Assembly: GCA_963783725.1 (NCBI GenBank)
Contig: CAWAOJ010000002.1
Coordinates: 1,789,279-1,853,278, forward strand
Origin: an uncultured Chloroflexia bacterium
GTDB taxonomy: Bacteria; Chloroflexota; Limnocylindria; QHBO01
DNA length: 64,000 nucleotides
Reading direction: 5' to 3'
The notes under the pieces are model-generated. The model did no database searches, was not told where the DNA came from, and was given only the letters and a program-made list of their open reading frames with translations. Below are positions 61,785 to 64,000 of this stretch, one piece after another (the stretch's first letter is position 1; every line of letters begins with the position of its first letter). The position numbers and the translations under genes are program-made.

Positions 61785-62403
61785 TCGGAGCCTCCGTGTT
61801 TGCCGTCGCTGAGCGACAGAAGGACGACCAGTATGCCAGTCGTCCGCTAACCGTACAAGCGAGGGATCAGGGACTGGGCGCCGCGGACGAGGAGATGCTC
61901 GGCGCCAGGCTGAAGCTGGAGCTCGGCCCTAGCGAGGGGATCGGCTCGAACCGTCGGCGCGGGAAAGAAGCGCGACGGAACGCCGACGAACGCCAGCACG
62001 AACATCAGGACGAAGGCGGCCACCACGACCGCGACCCACGGCCGGGCCAGCGCGTCGCCGCGTGGCGGCAGCGCACCGCGGTAGCCCGGGGCTCGTTCGG
62101 CCGGCGTGCTGCCGCGTCGGTTCGGTCGCTCGTCGCTCATCGGTCTCCTTCTCGTCGCCGGATCGCGGCCGAGGCGCGCCGCAGGCCGGCGTCAATCGAC
62201 GATGCCCTATCAGGGAGCCGCGCCTCCGCATCGGTCAGGCGAGCCTTCCATCGTCCAACGTCCGCGCGACCGCGAGGCACGCCGTGCTGTGCGGCGTCCC
62301 ACAGGGTCCAGGCGAGCAGCCCCAGCGCGCCGCTGACGACCACCGCCAGGGCGACGACGGTCAGCTCCAGCAGCAGTTCCACGGCGGACGAAGGCTAGCA
62401 GAC

Positions 62404-63975
62404 CTAGCGCGCGTTGCGCATGGCGGGCAGGAAGGCGCCGACGAGGCCGGCCGCTGCGCCGATGCCACCACCGGCGATCATCACCAGCGACGGCCCGATG
62501 ACCTGCGCGGCCCACCCCGCCAGACCCATGCAGAGCGCCATGACGCCGAAGACGAGCGCCTGGCGCGTCGAGATGACGCGGCCCATCAGCCGCTGCGGGG
62601 TGCGCTCCTGGAACAGGGTGATGGTCGGCACCAGCCAGACGACGTTGAAGGCGCCGATGCTGAAGAAGGCGACCAGCGCGGGCACCGGCTGGTCGGTGAA
62701 CCCGGCGGCGGCCAGGCTGAGCCCCATGCCCACGAACCCCACGATGGCCAGCGGACCCTTGTTCCAGCGCTTGGGCAGCTGACCGATGAGCAGGCCGGCG
62801 ACGACGCTGCCGAGCCCCAGCGAGGCCATCAGCAGCGCGTAGTTCTGCGGGAACGGGATCCAGCTGTGGTCGAGGACCTTCTCGGCGTAGATCAGGCTGC
62901 CGACGATCTCGGTCGCGACCGCCACCTGCGCCACGGTGCTGACCAGGGTGTTGGTGAACAGCTCGCGCTGCCGTACGAGGAAGCGCCAGCCCTCGACCAT
63001 CTCGCGCCAGATGGACGCGGGAGCGACGGCCGCCTCGCCCGATTCGGGGTGGCCGACGATGATCGACCACAGCAGCGTGGCCGATACGAGGTAGGTCACC
63101 GCGTCGAGCAGGAAGGCGGCGCTGATCAACGTCCCGAGCGCGCCGACGACGACGCCGGCGATGGGATAGCCCAGCAGGTCGGCGATCGTCTCGTTCACCG
63201 TGCTGGCCGAGTTCGCCGTGACCAGCTCGTCCTCGCCCACGATCTGCGGGATGAGGGCGTTCTTCGCTGGGCGGAAGAGCAGGCTGACCGTCGCCACCGC
63301 GAAGGCGATCAGGTAGACCAGCGCGACGTTGATCTCGATGGCGATCGGGACGAGCAGCACCAGGCCGCTGCGCACGACGTCGGAGACGATCATCGTCCAG
63401 CGCCGATCCCATCGGTCCACCAGCGCGCCCGCCAGCGGGCCGAGAAGGACGTTGGGCAGCGCGGTCGCGGCGAAGGTGATCCCGATGTCCACCTCCGTGC
63501 CGCGCATCACCAGCAGCGAGCCGAGCGCGATCTGGTGGATGCGGTCGCCCATGAACGAGATGAGCTGCCCGGTCCAAAGCAGGCTGAAGTTTCGGTTCCG
63601 AAGGAGGGTGAGGTAGGGAGACTGCCCGCGGGGCGCTCTCGGCGCTTCGACCTCGGCGCCGGCCTCCCTCGGCTGCGGCAGCGAGGGCACGAAGCCGCCC
63701 GGGGCGGGCAGGGCCGCGGTTCCCGCGCCGAAGCTGAGGTTGGTCCGGAAGTCGGCCGGAGCGCTGGGACGGAGCGCCGTCGGACCCAGGTTGAAGGCGG
63801 GCAGCGAGCCGCGCTGCGGCCGCGTCATGGAGTAGACGATCGTCCAGAAGATGCCCATTGCCAGCAGGATGTCGCCGACGCTCACGACGTCGCGCAGGAA
63901 TGGCAGCGGGATGGGGATGACGTCGCCGAAAATGCCGCCGGTCGCCACGAACTGCGCAGCCGTGGCGGCCGGCAA
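62404..63975 (-). CDS. MFS transporter (with about 110-aa N-terminal extension/linker of uncertain status)
   Basis: From SPYLTLLRNRNFSLLWTGQLISFMGDRIHQIALGSLLV onward there are 12 TM MFS features. The N-terminal about 110 residues (hydrophobic segment then Pro/Ala-rich linker) remain open to the window edge and may belong to a separate upstream gene truncated at 64000. Confidence 0.6.
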   Translation of the reverse strand: MPAATAAQFVATGGIFGDVIPIPLPFLRDVVSVGDILLAMGIFWTIVYSMTRPQRGSLPAFNLGPTALRPSAPADFRTNLSFGAGTAALPAPGGFVPSLPQPREAGAEVEAPRAPRGQSPYLTLLRNRNFSLLWTGQLISFMGDRIHQIALGSLLVMRGTEVDIGITFAATALPNVLLGPLAGALVDRWDRRWTMIVSDVVRSGLVLLVPIAIEINVALVYLIAFAVATVSLLFRPAKNALIPQIVGEDELVTANSASTVNETIADLLGYPIAGVVVGALGTLISAAFLLDAVTYLVSATLLWSIIVGHPESGEAAVAPASIWREMVEGWRFLVRQRELFTNTLVSTVAQVAVATEIVGSLIYAEKVLDHSWIPFPQNYALLMASLGLGSVVAGLLIGQLPKRWNKGPLAIVGFVGMGLSLAAAGFTDQPVPALVAFFSIGAFNVVWLVPTITLFQERTPQRLMGRVISTRQALVFGVMALCMGLAGWAAQVIGPSLVMIAGGGIGAAAGLVGAFLPAMRNAR

Positions 63976-64000
63976 CAGGACGTGGAAATGGTCACCGGCC

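Noticed and set aside
61796-62400. Small ORFs 61847..62140 (-), 62137..62382 (-) and 61796..62398 (+) between the NtrC-like regulator and MFS genes.
   Set aside because: Each has one hydrophobic stretch but Arg/Pro-rich tails, and they overlap one another. They could be small membrane proteins, but there is no RBS or domain support, so they are left uncalled.

Overview
64 kb of very high-GC (about 68-72%) bacterial chromosome, densely coding and mostly on the minus strand. No rRNA, tRNA, CRISPR array or transposase/integrase was recognised. Four blocks: (1) 1-4.8 kb housekeeping genes (TrpB2-type tryptophan synthase beta, endonuclease IV, ribosome hibernation factor, ComFC, DUF192). (2) 4.8-15.5 kb a complete Tad/Flp pilus locus (flp pilin, cpaB, cpaE/tadZ, cpaF/tadA, tadB, tadC, tadE, tadG-like) with an OmpR-type two-component pair inserted between tadC and tadE, and a NarL/LuxR-type two-component pair immediately upstream of flp. 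(3) 17.6-58.7 kb a very large glycan/glycosylation island: at least 9 DUF2029/GT87-like polytopic paralogs, several GT39/ArnT-like and other uncharacterised polytopic glycosyltransferases (large membrane glycosyltransferases with periplasmic active sites), four GT2s, a GT4, three SAM methyltransferases, a Wzx flippase, a PglC-like sugar transferase / PglF-like dehydratase / DegT aminotransferase trio, a Wzy_C-TPR (O-antigen-ligase/O-oligosaccharyltransferase-like) protein, a Ppm-synthase-like GT2 divergent from a UPF0104 membrane protein, an HTTM-DCC fusion, and two membrane-anchored spermidine-synthase-like proteins. A 27.6-40.5 kb sub-segment has lower GC (about 58-63%). (4) 56-64 kb a TipAL-like MerR regulator, lipoprotein, YggT, protein-L-isoaspartate O-methyltransferase, YtxH-like protein, sigma-54-dependent NtrC-family regulator and an MFS transporter. 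At least 20 genes show single-base frameshifts (the domain order continues in another reading frame). This is so pervasive that uncorrected indel errors in the assembly are as likely as real pseudogenes; most frameshifted genes are reported as CDS (cpaB, with four or more breaks, as pseudogene) with the break noted. The main candidate for an undescribed system is the island's combination of an expanded GT87 array, uncharacterised large-membrane-glycosyltransferase partners, a Ppm synthase, an HTTM-DCC fusion and a PglL-like O-oligosaccharyltransferase (O-OTase) lying a few kb from the Flp pilin.
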